A DNA stretch of 64,000 nucleotides from assembly GCA_049302815.1 (NCBI GenBank), contig JBAQMM010000252.1, positions 957 through 64,956 on the forward strand, read 5' to 3'. The first letter of the stretch is position 1; each line of letters opens with the position of its first letter. This stretch comes from Anaerolineaceae bacterium (GTDB lineage Bacteria > Chloroflexota > Anaerolineae > Anaerolineales > Anaerolineaceae). Under the pieces are notes generated by a model that had not been told where the DNA came from, searched no databases, and saw only the letters and a program-made list of their open reading frames with translations. Positions 48,415-58,427 of this stretch are shown here, one piece after another. Made by a program: the position numbers and the translations under genes.

Positions 48415-49842
48415 ATGATTATGCTTACCAGGAAACAACATAAATGCAATTTGCGCAAGGTGCTCTACGCTCTTTTAATACTGCCAATTATACTGGCATC
48501 GGCCGGACAGGCACCTGCTAAAGCACAAAGCGAGACTTTGCCGGAGTACGTGGTTCAATCTGGTGATTCGCTATATGCCATCGCCTTGCAGTTCTATACT
48601 ACCATCGACGAAATCATGCGGGTGAATGGGCTTACCGATTCCAACGTCTTGAACATCGGCGACCACCTCAAAATCCCAGGATTGGAAGGCTTGCAAGGCA
48701 CACTGACCTCTGACTATGTTCCTTTGGGTGCTAATCTACGCAGTTTGAGCCGGCGTACTCAATCAGACACTGCCAGCCTGATCAGGCTTAATAAGTTCAC
48801 CAGCCCCTCGGAGTTGTTCATTGGCCGCAAGATCATCATCACGACCTCCGAAGCGACCCAGTCCATGGAGACCTTGCCGTCCTTGCTGCCAGGTCAGTCA
48901 TGGATGGAACTCGCCATTTTGAAAGGGCAAAACCCCTGGTCTTTGGCTCGTGTGAATAACCTGGCTTCCCCGACCAGCAGTCTTCCCATGGATACTTACT
49001 ATGCCCAGTCGGCGACGGATTCGCCCAACAATCTCGCCATTCCTGGCATAAAATCCATGGTGATCGATAACCTGCCACTGATTCAAGGAAGCACCTTCGT
49101 TATCAAGGTGGATAGCGAGGAACCGGTGCAGCTTTCTGCCAATCTGGCAGGAACTGAACCAGTTTTCTTCCCGACCGACGATGGTGGACAGATTGCTTTT
49201 GGCGGGATCAAGGCTTTATTGGAACCAGGCGCTTATCCCCTCACCATCGAAGTAAAGACCTCCGATGAGGTGAATTACCGCTTCGATCAATGGGTCTTGG
49301 TGGATTCAGGCAACTTTGAAACCGATGCGACCCTTCAGGTCGACCCGAGCACTATCGAATCGGATAATGTCAAAGCGGAAGACGCAGTTTTCCAGGAGAT
49401 TGTGAGTAAAGCCACCCCCATTCAACAATGGGAAGGCATGTTCCTTTATCCTGTCGAAGGATCGGATTGTGTCCGCTCCAATTTTGGCAGCCGCCGCACC
49501 TACAATAACGACAACAAAATTTATTATCACACCGGACTGGACATAGGGTATTGCAATGGCATTGATGTGTTTGCTCCAGCTAAAGGGACGGTGGTGGCTG
49601 CCCTCCCTGAACAAATCGTCAGGGGAAATGTGATCGTGGTTGATCACGGCTTGGGTGTTTTTTCCATTTATATGCACTTGAAAGAGATGCTCGTCCAGGT
49701 AGGTGATGTGGTTGAACCAGGTCAATTAATCGGTTACATTGGCACCACCGGGAGGTCCATTGGACCGCACTTGCATTTTGAGGTTGATATTAATGGTATC
49801 CCGGTCAATCCGGTTGCCTGGTTGAATCGGACTTTTCCGTAA
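48415..49842 (+). CDS. Secreted LysM-domain M23B metallopeptidase
   Basis: It has a signal peptide, a LysM segment (YVVQSGDSLYAIALQF...LKIP) and M23 motifs HTGLDIG (HxxxD) and GPHLHFEV (HxH). Confidence 0.88.
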   Translation: MIMLTRKQHKCNLRKVLYALLILPIILASAGQAPAKAQSETLPEYVVQSGDSLYAIALQFYTTIDEIMRVNGLTDSNVLNIGDHLKIPGLEGLQGTLTSDYVPLGANLRSLSRRTQSDTASLIRLNKFTSPSELFIGRKIIITTSEATQSMETLPSLLPGQSWMELAILKGQNPWSLARVNNLASPTSSLPMDTYYAQSATDSPNNLAIPGIKSMVIDNLPLIQGSTFVIKVDSEEPVQLSANLAGTEPVFFPTDDGGQIAFGGIKALLEPGAYPLTIEVKTSDEVNYRFDQWVLVDSGNFETDATLQVDPSTIESDNVKAEDAVFQEIVSKATPIQQWEGMFLYPVEGSDCVRSNFGSRRTYNNDNKIYYHTGLDIGYCNGIDVFAPAKGTVVAALPEQIVRGNVIVVDHGLGVFSIYMHLKEMLVQVGDVVEPGQLIGYIGTTGRSIGPHLHFEVDINGIPVNPVAWLNRTFP

Positions 49843-49873
49843 AAGAAAAGCAGACAAAAGATTGTCTGCATGA

Positions 49874-49955
49874 TGCGCTGGGGGGGATTTGAACCCCCAC
49901 GCCTTGCGGCACATGGCCCTCAACCATGCCTGTCTGCCAGTTCCAGCACCAGCGC
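49874..49955 (-). tRNA. tRNA-Leu (anticodon GAG), no encoded CCA
   Basis: The 82 nt sequence GCGCTGG-TG-CTG-GAACTGGCAGA-CAG-G-CATGG-TTGAGGG-CCATG-T-GCCGCAAGGCGT-GGGGG-TTCAAAT-CCCCC-CCAGCGC-A folds as a cloverleaf with a long variable arm. It has a 7 bp acceptor stem, T-loop TTCAAAT and anticodon loop UU-GAG-GG. Confidence 0.93.
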
Positions 49956-50018
49956 GTGGATAGAAATTATATCTGGAGTACCTTGATTGTCAAGCAGGTC
50001 CTACGAAATGAGGAATGA

Positions 50019-51032
50019 TTGAAAACAACCATTGTTTTAGACGCGATGGGCAGTGATAACCGCCCGGGACCCGAATTGGAGGCGGCCGTGCAAAGCTCCA
50101 ACGAATTCGGGATCAAAGTCATCTTGGTTGGCGATGAAAAGGCCCTGAATGAAGGCTTGGCTGAGCAGCCAGGTGACAAATCCCACGTCCGCATCGTGCA
50201 CGCTTCAGAAGCACTGGAAATGAGCGACCATATCCAGGAAGCCAGGGCAAAAAAGAACAACACCATGCAGGTCGGTATGAACCTGGTGAAAGCGGGGGAA
50301 GCCCAGGCTTTTGTCACCGCGGGAAACACCGGTATGGCTATGTTTTTCGGTGCCAGAACATTCGGCCTGATCCCCGGCGTGATCCGCCCCTGCTTGTGTG
50401 CCACCTTCCCGGTTAAAGGCGGCAAATGTGTCATCGTGGATATCGGCGCCAACGCGGAATGCCGCCCGGAATTCCTGGTGCAGTTTGCCCAAATGGGCTC
50501 GGTCTATTCCAATCTGATGATCAAGATTCCCAATCCGCGTGTCGGCCTGCTTTCCAATGGCGAAGAAGAGGGCAAAGGCAATGAGCTGGTCAAAGCCACC
50601 GGACCCCTCATGTGGACGGCAGTGCCGGGTTTCGTGGGCAACATCGAAGGCAAGGAGCTCTTTGCTGGTCAGGTCGATGTGGCAGTGACAGACGGATTTA
50701 CCGGAAATATTTTACTAAAGTCCACAGAAGCTGTCTCCAAATTGATTCTCGAGACGCTTAAATCCGAGTTGATGAGTTCCACCCGCACGAAAATCGGTGC
50801 CATGTTGTCCAAACCGGCCTTTGCCTCAGTTAAAAAGATGCTCGACCCATCAGAAACAGGCGCCGCTCCTCTTTTAGGAATTGACGCGCTGATATTTGTC
50901 GGGCACGGTCGTTCGGATGCCCGGGCGATGGTCAACGCCGTAAATCAAGCCAAGATGGCGGTTGAATCAAATTTGCTCAATTCCCTGCGAAATGCCATAA
51001 AAATAATCCCTCAAGGAGATATCAGTAAATGA
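50019..51032 (+). CDS. plsX: Phosphate acyltransferase
   Basis: It has IVLDAMGSD, AFVTAGNTGA-like AFVTAGNTGM and HGRS. The start is TTG, after GAGGA. Confidence 0.92.
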   Translation: MKTTIVLDAMGSDNRPGPELEAAVQSSNEFGIKVILVGDEKALNEGLAEQPGDKSHVRIVHASEALEMSDHIQEARAKKNNTMQVGMNLVKAGEAQAFVTAGNTGMAMFFGARTFGLIPGVIRPCLCATFPVKGGKCVIVDIGANAECRPEFLVQFAQMGSVYSNLMIKIPNPRVGLLSNGEEEGKGNELVKATGPLMWTAVPGFVGNIEGKELFAGQVDVAVTDGFTGNILLKSTEAVSKLILETLKSELMSSTRTKIGAMLSKPAFASVKKMLDPSETGAAPLLGIDALIFVGHGRSDARAMVNAVNQAKMAVESNLLNSLRNAIKIIPQGDISK

Positions 51033-51748
51033 AACTTATTATCAATGAACCACTGATCAAGAAAAACAAGACCATCGGACAGGTGGCGACCTTTGCAAGC
51101 CTGGCGGTTCTGGTTTTGGGCTTGGTGTTTGCCTTTGGCAAGGACATGACCAAGATTCTGTGGTCCTATGCTGCATTAATTGTTGGCTTTGTCCTTTCCC
51201 AGGTAGGTATGTTTTTCACCAATCGTTATGGCAGGACTCCGCGATTTGACGAGATTTTTGCCAGTGCCTTTGAAAAACTCCGCCATGACTACAGTTTTTA
51301 TGTATTCTCCAGTCCAGTCCCGATGGTGCTGCTAGGTCCTTGTGGGTTCTGGGTGCCGGTTCCGATTGTTGCGGGCGGCAAGATTTCCTACCAAAAAAAC
51401 AAATGGCGGCAGGAAGGCGGCAATTTCATGATGAAGTTTGTGGGTCAGGAAGGGATCGGCAAGCCTGATCAGGACGCCAAAGCTGACGTAGAAGCTCTGC
51501 AAAAATACCTGGCAGACAAAGGAATTCCCATTGATCAACAGCCGCCCATCAGGCATATTTTGGTCATTCTGATGAAAAATACTGAACTTGGCGATGTTTC
51601 TCAAGCGCCTATCCCTGTGGTTGAACTTCAGGATCTCAAGCGCTATATCCGCCGCGTTGATCGTGAGGAATGCACCACCCCCATCAGCGAAGAAGAGTTG
51701 GTAAGATTAAACTCTGTGATGGAAGAATTCGGAAAAAAGAACTCCTGA
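51029..51748 (+). CDS. Hypothetical membrane-anchored protein, weakly NERD-domain-like
   Basis: 239 aa with two N-terminal TM segments. The segment VPMVLLGPCGFWVPVPIVAGGKISY loosely resembles the NERD core (h.l.gp.G.fv.e.K...G.i). It overlaps plsX by 4 nt. Confidence 0.5.
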   Translation: MKLIINEPLIKKNKTIGQVATFASLAVLVLGLVFAFGKDMTKILWSYAALIVGFVLSQVGMFFTNRYGRTPRFDEIFASAFEKLRHDYSFYVFSSPVPMVLLGPCGFWVPVPIVAGGKISYQKNKWRQEGGNFMMKFVGQEGIGKPDQDAKADVEALQKYLADKGIPIDQQPPIRHILVILMKNTELGDVSQAPIPVVELQDLKRYIRRVDREECTTPISEEELVRLNSVMEEFGKKNS

Positions 51749-51749
51749 A

Positions 51750-52487
51750 TCAGGGGGTCTTTTCATCCAGGCCTACATACTTTCGTAAAAGATTGACCTC
51801 TTTTGGGGTGAGATGCCGCCATTCACCGGTCCGGAGTGATCCGAGTTTGAGCGTGCCTATGCGCACCCGCTTTATTTGACCAACCGGCAGACCAATCCTG
51901 GCGCCGGTTTTGCGAATCTGCCTTTTTTTGCCTTCGCGCATAATGATCCGCAGCCAGGTTCCATTGTTGGCATTGCTAATGACTTCCACCTTGGCAGGCA
52001 GGGTGCGGTAACCATCTTCCAGCACAACTCCGCGCCTCCAAATTTGTAATTGCTCGTCATCAGGCTGGGTGATCACAAACACTTCGTATTCTTTTTCGTG
52101 TTCATAGCGTGGATGTGTCAGACGATTTGCCAACTCGCCATCGTTGGTCATTAAAATTAAACCTTCGCTGTCCAGATCCAACCGCCCCACAGCAAACAAC
52201 TGCTCAGGGATGTCAATCAAATCATTGACGGTCGGCTTGGGATGGGTATCGTCAATATCCGATAAATATCCTTTGGGTTTATTCAAGGCAATGTAAATCT
52301 TCTTTTGCTGGGATCGGACCAACTTGCCGTCCACCATAATGCTGTCGTTTTCAGGATCGGCTTTATCTCCCAAGTGGATGACCTTTCCATTAACTTTTAC
52401 CCGCCCGGCATCAATAATGGTTTCACAAGCCCGGCGTGAGCCAAATCCCGCCGCTGCCAAAATCTTTTGTACACGTTCTTCTGTCAT
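51750..52487 (-). CDS. rluB: rRNA pseudouridine synthase (RsuA/RluB family)
   Basis: It has an N-terminal S4 domain (RVQKILAAAGFGSRRACE...GRVKVNG) and the catalytic GRLDLDSEGL. Confidence 0.88.
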   Translation of the reverse strand: MTEERVQKILAAAGFGSRRACETIIDAGRVKVNGKVIHLGDKADPENDSIMVDGKLVRSQQKKIYIALNKPKGYLSDIDDTHPKPTVNDLIDIPEQLFAVGRLDLDSEGLILMTNDGELANRLTHPRYEHEKEYEVFVITQPDDEQLQIWRRGVVLEDGYRTLPAKVEVISNANNGTWLRIIMREGKKRQIRKTGARIGLPVGQIKRVRIGTLKLGSLRTGEWRHLTPKEVNLLRKYVGLDEKTP

Positions 52488-53077
52488 CAGTCTTTCAATA
52501 TCCTCTGTTCAGTAATTGCTTTTGCTGGTTGACCAGGTTTCAAACCCTCCAGATCAACCTTCGGCAGTTGATCAAGTGACTCCAATCCAAAGTACAGTAA
52601 AAAGTCTGGTGTTACGCCGTAGAGTATGGGGCGCCCTGGAGCCTCAGACCGACCTAATTCTTCAATCAGACCTTTGGATAATAGGCTTCTCACCACAGTA
52701 TCGCTATTCACCCCACGAATACTGTCAATTTCCGGGCGGGTCGCAGGCTGTTTATACGCAATAATCGCCAACACCTCCAATGCGGGTTGGGAAAGGCGGG
52801 AGATCACTTCCAGTCCCAAAAATTTCTCAATCAGGTTGGCATGTTCGGCTGCTGTCACCAATTGGAACTGATTCTTAACCCGTTGAATTCTGATTCCATG
52901 CATGGCTTCATAGTGACTGCCAAGGAATTCCATCAATCGCACGACCTCTTGCTTTGAGACTCCTATACCTTGCGCCAACTGGTCGGTCGAACTCAACCCT
53001 GGTGCGGCAAACAACAATGCTTCCAGCTTACTCAGGTTAGCCTCATCAATTGGGGATAATTCGGGATAGTCGCTCAT
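52487..53077 (-). CDS. scpB: Segregation and condensation protein B
   Basis: 196 aa with LEALLFAA and a tandem winged helix (LAIIAYKQPATRPEIDSIRGV). Its stop abuts the rluB start. Confidence 0.9.
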   Translation of the reverse strand: MSDYPELSPIDEANLSKLEALLFAAPGLSSTDQLAQGIGVSKQEVVRLMEFLGSHYEAMHGIRIQRVKNQFQLVTAAEHANLIEKFLGLEVISRLSQPALEVLAIIAYKQPATRPEIDSIRGVNSDTVVRSLLSKGLIEELGRSEAPGRPILYGVTPDFLLYFGLESLDQLPKVDLEGLKPGQPAKAITEQRILKD

Positions 53078-53154
53078 GCTATAATTATTTCTTGTCTGGA
53101 GTCTAGTGATTATACCCTACTTAAGACAAGAAAATATACTTACAGGATTTACTC

Positions 53155-54108
53155 ATGCGCATACTTTTAACTGGTGTGGCGGGCTTTCTGGGTTCTCACC
53201 TTGCTGATCGACTGATTCAGGAAGGACACCAGATTCTTGGTCTGGATAATTTCATCACAGGAGATGAGGCGAACCTGCTGCATCTTTTTGGCAACCCGGA
53301 TTTCAAGCTGATTCGGCAGGACGTTTCCACTTATATTGATATACCCGAAGAGCTGGATTATGTCATGCATTTTGCCTCCCCTGCCAGCCCCAATCCGGCC
53401 TCCCCGCTCGGTTACCCCAACCTCCCCATTCAAACCCTGAAAGCCGGCGCCTTGGGGACGTTAAATACCCTCGGCTTGGCTAAAGCCCACAAAGCCAAAT
53501 ACCTGCTCGCCTCAACCAGCGAAGTTTATGGGGATCCACAGGTTCACCCCCAACCGGAAACCTACTGGGGCAACTGTGACCCGATCGGTCCCAGATCCGT
53601 GTATGATGAAGCCAAACGCTTTGCCGAAGCACTTACTATGGCATATCATCGTTTCCATGGGCTTGACACCCATATTGTCCGTATTTTCAACACTTTTGGT
53701 CCCCGCATGCGCCTGGATGATGGAAGGGTTGTTCCCAACTTTATCCGCCAGGCATTAAGCAGGCAGCCGCTCACCATTTATGGAAACGGTCAGCAGACCC
53801 GCAGTTTTTGTTACGTGAGCGATCTAATCGAAGGGATCTACCAATTAATGTGGACTGATGAACACGAACCGGTCAACATAGGTAATCCCAACGAAACCAC
53901 CATCAAGGAGTTCGCCATTTTGATTAACGAACTCACCGAGAACCCATCCGGGCTGATTACCCGCTTTGCGGATGGTTTGGGTGATGATCCCCAACGCCGC
54001 CGACCGGATATCCGTAAGGCTCAGGAATTATTACACTGGGAACCGAAAGTTGACATCACGACAGGCTTGATTAAAACCATCGATTATTTCCGCCAAAGAT
54101 CGGGCTAA
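53155..54108 (+). CDS. UDP-glucuronate decarboxylase (UDP-xylose synthase)
   Basis: It has [26 protein letters not shown] and the [10 protein letters not shown] pattern typical of UXS. Confidence 0.9.
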   Translation: MRILLTGVAGFLGSHLADRLIQEGHQILGLDNFITGDEANLLHLFGNPDFKLIRQDVSTYIDIPEELDYVMHFASPASPNPASPLGYPNLPIQTLKAGALGTLNTLGLAKAHKAKYLLASTSEVYGDPQVHPQPETYWGNCDPIGPRSVYDEAKRFAEALTMAYHRFHGLDTHIVRIFNTFGPRMRLDDGRVVPNFIRQALSRQPLTIYGNGQQTRSFCYVSDLIEGIYQLMWTDEHEPVNIGNPNETTIKEFAILINELTENPSGLITRFADGLGDDPQRRRPDIRKAQELLHWEPKVDITTGLIKTIDYFRQRSG

Positions 54109-54109
54109 T

Positions 54110-54589
54110 ATGACCACCAGCCAACCCAAAGAGTCTGCCCGTTTTGGAAAGTTTTTTCTTGTCGGCATACTGAACACCCTGATTGACTTCGGGTTGATGA
54201 ACCTGTTCACTGTGGTGTTCAAACTCCCGCTGGTGCTTGCCCAGGCTCTATCGTTCATCCTGGCAGTATTAAATAGTTTTATTCTTAATCGCAAGTGGAT
54301 CTACCCGGATTCTACGGGCAACTCCATCGCAGGTCAGTTTTCAAAATTCCTGCTAATCAACCTGGTTGGACTTGCCATCCGCACCATCACCATTCCGTTA
54401 TTCGACCGGTGGTTTATTCAGCTCATCCAGACGGGCTCGCTCAGGAATTGGTCTGTCGATGCCACTGTGCTCAGTCACAACGCGGCCCTGGCTGTGATCC
54501 TCCCCATCACCCTGACCCTGAATTTCCTGGCAAACCGCTATTGGACCTTTGGAGATGTAGGTCGGTCGCATCCGACAGCATCCAACTAA
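54110..54589 (+). CDS. GtrA-family membrane protein
   Basis: 159 aa with four TM segments, FGKFFLVGILNTLIDF and NRYWTF, the GtrA hallmarks. Confidence 0.85.
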   Translation: MTTSQPKESARFGKFFLVGILNTLIDFGLMNLFTVVFKLPLVLAQALSFILAVLNSFILNRKWIYPDSTGNSIAGQFSKFLLINLVGLAIRTITIPLFDRWFIQLIQTGSLRNWSVDATVLSHNAALAVILPITLTLNFLANRYWTFGDVGRSHPTASN

Positions 54590-54618
54590 CCTCATCCGGG
54601 CGGTACAAGGACGGAAGC

Positions 54619-55191
54619 ATGGGAGCACTAAGAGTCATTTCAGGATCAGCCAAAGGTCTGCGCCTTAAATCGGTGCCAGGAGATACCACCCGCCCCATCA
54701 CCGACAAGGTCAAGGAAGCCTTGTTCAACATTCTCGGGGACGAAATTCAAGATGCCAGAATTCTCGACCTTTTTGGTGGCACCGGCGCTGTCGGTATCGA
54801 AGCTTTGAGCCGGGGTGCGCTCTTTGCCACCTTTCTGGATAAAAGCGCGCAAGCGGTCAAAACCATTCAACAGAATCTTGAGACCACCCATTTATCCCCA
54901 TCCGCCAAAGTGATCAGGACGGATGCCTTCATCTTTCTGTCCTATCCGCAATCCCAGGATTACGATTTGATTTACGTCGCACCCCCGCAATACAAGGAGA
55001 TGTGGCAAAAAGCCATGGATCTCTTGGATCAACATCCCGGATTGTTGAGCGAAAAAGGTCAGATCATTGTGCAGATCAACCCTATCGAATGGGTTGACAG
55101 ACCCTATACGCACTTCACCATGTTTGATTTGCGGAAATATGGGGACACTTTATTGGTTTTCTTTGAAAAAATCAATCTGAAAATTGCATGA
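54619..55191 (+). CDS. rsmD: 16S rRNA (guanine966-N2)-methyltransferase
   Basis: MGALRVISGSAKGLRLKSVPGDTTRPITDKVKEALFNIL, LDLFGGTGAVGIEALSRGA. The tracked ORF start at 54295 is an out-of-frame overlap with gtrA and is rejected. Confidence 0.9.
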   Translation: MGALRVISGSAKGLRLKSVPGDTTRPITDKVKEALFNILGDEIQDARILDLFGGTGAVGIEALSRGALFATFLDKSAQAVKTIQQNLETTHLSPSAKVIRTDAFIFLSYPQSQDYDLIYVAPPQYKEMWQKAMDLLDQHPGLLSEKGQIIVQINPIEWVDRPYTHFTMFDLRKYGDTLLVFFEKINLKIA

Positions 55192-55708
55192 CCAGTTGAC
55201 CCGACGGATCATAGCGATAAACACCCCAAAAGGGACGATCGTCCTGCCTGAAATCCATAACCCTGCGGATCAGGAAGTGCAAGTCCTCCACCAAAGGTAA
55301 TTCCAACGCTTCTGATGTTTCCAACCAGCTCAGTTCCCCTTCAGCGGATTCCACCAAGTTTCCGGCAATTTCCAAGGCTTTGAAAATGAAGAAAGCAATC
55401 CCGGGAGAACTGTTGGTATCCACCATCACCTGACCACAAAAAATCCAGTTTTGGCAGGTCAGACCTGTCTCCTCGAGAAGTTCCCTTTTTGCGGCATACA
55501 GGATGCTCTCCCCCGCTTCCACGTGCCCCCCAATGCCGTTCCAAAGCCCTGGCCAGATTTTTTTGGTCCCGGCGCCCTTGAGCAGCAAGACTTCCCCATC
55601 TTCCGCGAACGGGAAGATCAATACTCTTGGAATGACATTGTATCGGTCGGGTGAGGCACCTTGTTCGATAATACTCATTTTTGCCTCAAATCGAACCACA
55701 GCTCGCAA
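55172..55708 (-). CDS. NUDIX hydrolase
   Basis: It has the Nudix box GGHVEAGESILYAAKRELLEETGL. It overlaps rsmD convergently by 20 nt. Confidence 0.82.
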   Translation of the reverse strand: MRAVVRFEAKMSIIEQGASPDRYNVIPRVLIFPFAEDGEVLLLKGAGTKKIWPGLWNGIGGHVEAGESILYAAKRELLEETGLTCQNWIFCGQVMVDTNSSPGIAFFIFKALEIAGNLVESAEGELSWLETSEALELPLVEDLHFLIRRVMDFRQDDRPFWGVYRYDPSGQLVMQFSD

Positions 55709-55749
55709 GACCGGTGGATTTTATGAGCTGTGTGGTATCTGCTCCCAAC

Positions 55750-56922
55750 TTAGACCAGGAACATAGGTAAACCATAGATATCTTTAATCTTGGGGCGGTA
55801 AGTTTCCTTGTCATAATATTTTTCAACATCTACGTGCCGTTTTTTGGTAATAACAGTCTCAATCGGAACGGCATCATAAATGCCATCATTAATAGCCATC
55901 ATCTTTCCGAATTCGCCTTTTTTGGTCAATTGCATTGCCATGGTGCCATAGTTCATCGCTACCATCCGGTCAAGCATGTCTGCCGGACCGCTGCGCACTA
56001 AATAAGCCAACTTTTGGAACATGATGTGTTGGTCGGTCAGTATCTTGATTTGATCGCCGAGGATTTCCCCAATGCCGCCCAATTTCTTGTGGCCATAAGC
56101 GTCTTCCTCTCCCGATTCCACGATCATACCGCCATCGGAGACCGCGCCTTCAGAGATGACCACAAGGGAATAATTGGAGGGGTTATTGTGTTTGTCTTCC
56201 ACAAGGAGATTGGCAAGCTTTTCAAAATTGAACGGTACTTCGCAGATGATTGTGCGGTCCGCAAAGCTGAGATAGCCAGTGATCAGGCTGGTTTCTCCCG
56301 AGTTACGGCCAAAAAGCTCCACAATTCCGATCCGTTCGTGAGAACCAACCGAAGAGCGGAAATTGGTAATTAAGGATACTGCCTGGGAAATGGATGTGGA
56401 GAACCCGATACAATATTCGGTTCCGTTGACGTCATTATCCATCGTCTTGGGTATGGCAACGAGAGGGAAACCTTCCCTGTACAGCCTGGCAGAATAGCTC
56501 AGGGTGTCATCGCCACCGATGGTGATAAGGGAATCAATCCCTAAATGCGAAAGCACCCGCAGGATATGGTCTGTGAAATCCCTGGTACCATCTGGTTTTA
56601 ACTCTTTGCCGTATGAGCTATTAAGCAGAAACTCAGGAGTGTCTTTGGGTCGCACGTTGCTGGGGTTGGTGCGGGAAGTGTGCAAAAAAGTGCCCCCAGT
56701 CCGATCCACTATTCGAACAGCATTTGGATTTAATGGGCAAACGAGATCTTCCTGTGCGCTAGGATCATCAATGTTATAACGGAGCAAACCGCCCCATCCC
56801 AGTCTGATTCCAACCACTTCATAATCTTCTTCAACCGCATTTAATACTACTGACTTGATTGCCAGATTTAAACCAGGAACATCTCCTCCTCCAGTCATTA
56901 CTGCAATTCGTTTCTTAGCCAT
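55750..56922 (-). CDS. pfp: 6-phosphofructokinase, probably pyrophosphate-dependent
   Basis: It has MTGGGDVPGLN, TIGGDDT (Asp instead of Gly) and IPKTMDND (Lys instead of Gly). This residue pair is classically associated with PPi rather than ATP use. Confidence 0.85.
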   Translation of the reverse strand: MAKKRIAVMTGGGDVPGLNLAIKSVVLNAVEEDYEVVGIRLGWGGLLRYNIDDPSAQEDLVCPLNPNAVRIVDRTGGTFLHTSRTNPSNVRPKDTPEFLLNSSYGKELKPDGTRDFTDHILRVLSHLGIDSLITIGGDDTLSYSARLYREGFPLVAIPKTMDNDVNGTEYCIGFSTSISQAVSLITNFRSSVGSHERIGIVELFGRNSGETSLITGYLSFADRTIICEVPFNFEKLANLLVEDKHNNPSNYSLVVISEGAVSDGGMIVESGEEDAYGHKKLGGIGEILGDQIKILTDQHIMFQKLAYLVRSGPADMLDRMVAMNYGTMAMQLTKKGEFGKMMAINDGIYDAVPIETVITKKRHVDVEKYYDKETYRPKIKDIYGLPMFLV

Positions 56923-56946
56923 ACTAAACTCCTTAAAAAAGAATAA

Positions 56947-58173
56947 TTACCTATGGTCCATTAATGGTTTGGGGCTATCCAGCGCCCACCACCTGGTCCA
57001 TTGCAATCCGATCAATGCCAAAGCGGGTAATAATACTACAACTGACGTAGGTTCTATTTCTGACCAGTTCTGTGTGTTTTGGAAGATGGTCCAGTAATCA
57101 TAAACTAGTGCAATTAAAATTGCCCAACGAATGATTTTACCAGAAATCTTCCATTTTTCCTCTATAAAGCTAAAAAAGAGAAACAAACCCGGCCAAACAA
57201 ACAAGAAATAGGCACCGGAAGCTGTGGGGTTTACAAAATAAAGTAAGCTTAATGTCAGCAGAATTTTCCATTGAATCTGCCGCTGCCCTTTTCCAACGAT
57301 CCCATACCATTCCACCAGCATCACAAACAAAACCAGGACGTGCAAAAAGATTGCGATTGGATCCTTGGCGCCCGGAAAAAAAGATGCTACCCGCATCAGT
57401 GGTGTGTCCAACCAGGAGAAATCAGCGTGAACGGAGATTGCGTTCGCGAACCAATCGGGGATCCATTGCGGAAACAGGAGAAGAGAGGATACGAGCAGAA
57501 ACGCGACCCCCGCCAGATAAATCGGAGGGAGGGAATTGTCACGTCTGGATCCGCGCCAAATCATAAAAAAAATGGCCACAAACACACTGGCAGGCACCAT
57601 GCCAATGCACAAAAACAGTAAAATTCCTGCGGTTGTGCTTTTTCCTTGCATCGCTGAATGACAAGCCAGCAGAACCAGAAAGATAAACAAGGGCAGCACG
57701 CTCGCGCTCAAAATGACCTTAAAAGTAGGGTAGCAGAGCGTAACAAGCAGAATCAGCAGGATGCTTTCAAGAGCGTTGATTTTTAATCCAGCCAGTTTCA
57801 AACTTATCCAGCCGCCCGCTATACAGGATAATTCAATGATCGTCATCCAGATCGCGCGGGCAACTGGATAATCAAGGAAACTGAAAGGAATATATAGGTA
57901 CAGATAAAAGACCGGATCCAAAAAGTGACCTTGACTGAAGTCTCCGGCGGTAAAACCCTGCTCAGAGAGTAAATCCTGGGTCTCCTGGTAAACCTCATCG
58001 GAATAAGGGGATGAACCATCGCGCATCCAAGCCCTGGCTGCCACCCAGCGGGGCGCAAATTCATCCTGATGTTTGAATTGTTCCGACAGGCGCAAATTGA
58101 GAAAAGTTAAGCCTACGACGGCAATCGTAATCAGGAAAGGTATCGCATAACGGGCGGTTTTCTTAAGTAGCAA
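56947..58173 (-). CDS. Polytopic integral membrane protein (possibly DUF2029/GT87-like glycosyltransferase)
   Basis: 408 aa with at least 10 predicted TM segments. No soluble-domain motifs are recognisable, and the family assignment is tentative. Confidence 0.55.
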   Translation of the reverse strand: MLLKKTARYAIPFLITIAVVGLTFLNLRLSEQFKHQDEFAPRWVAARAWMRDGSSPYSDEVYQETQDLLSEQGFTAGDFSQGHFLDPVFYLYLYIPFSFLDYPVARAIWMTIIELSCIAGGWISLKLAGLKINALESILLILLVTLCYPTFKVILSASVLPLFIFLVLLACHSAMQGKSTTAGILLFLCIGMVPASVFVAIFFMIWRGSRRDNSLPPIYLAGVAFLLVSSLLLFPQWIPDWFANAISVHADFSWLDTPLMRVASFFPGAKDPIAIFLHVLVLFVMLVEWYGIVGKGQRQIQWKILLTLSLLYFVNPTASGAYFLFVWPGLFLFFSFIEEKWKISGKIIRWAILIALVYDYWTIFQNTQNWSEIEPTSVVVLLPALALIGLQWTRWWALDSPKPLMDHR

Positions 58174-58427
58174 CTCAGATTCCTCTATTTGAACAAAAGT
58201 TAGCGAATTCTACCCGTTCCAATTTAATCGGTCAAACCTGGAAACAAGATGTAATCAAGCAGAACATCATCTTCTGCTGACCAGATTAGCGGATATAATA
58301 GTCCTTTTGAAATCGCATTCATATGAATTGTATTAACCGAAATGAATCTACTTGAATTTCGGTTAAAAATATTGTACCCTATTGATGAAGTGCGATGATA
58401 CAAAATAGAAAAGGTTAAAATCACTGA

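Noticed and set aside
49726-50452. ORFs 49726-49923(-) and 49967-50452(-).
   Set aside because: The first overlaps the tRNA-Leu gene. The second is antisense to plsX.
54295-54618. 108-codon extension of the rsmD ORF overlapping gtrA.
   Set aside because: It is His/Pro/Cys-rich nonsense in an alternative frame of a well-supported GtrA gene. RsmD homology begins at M109 (54619).
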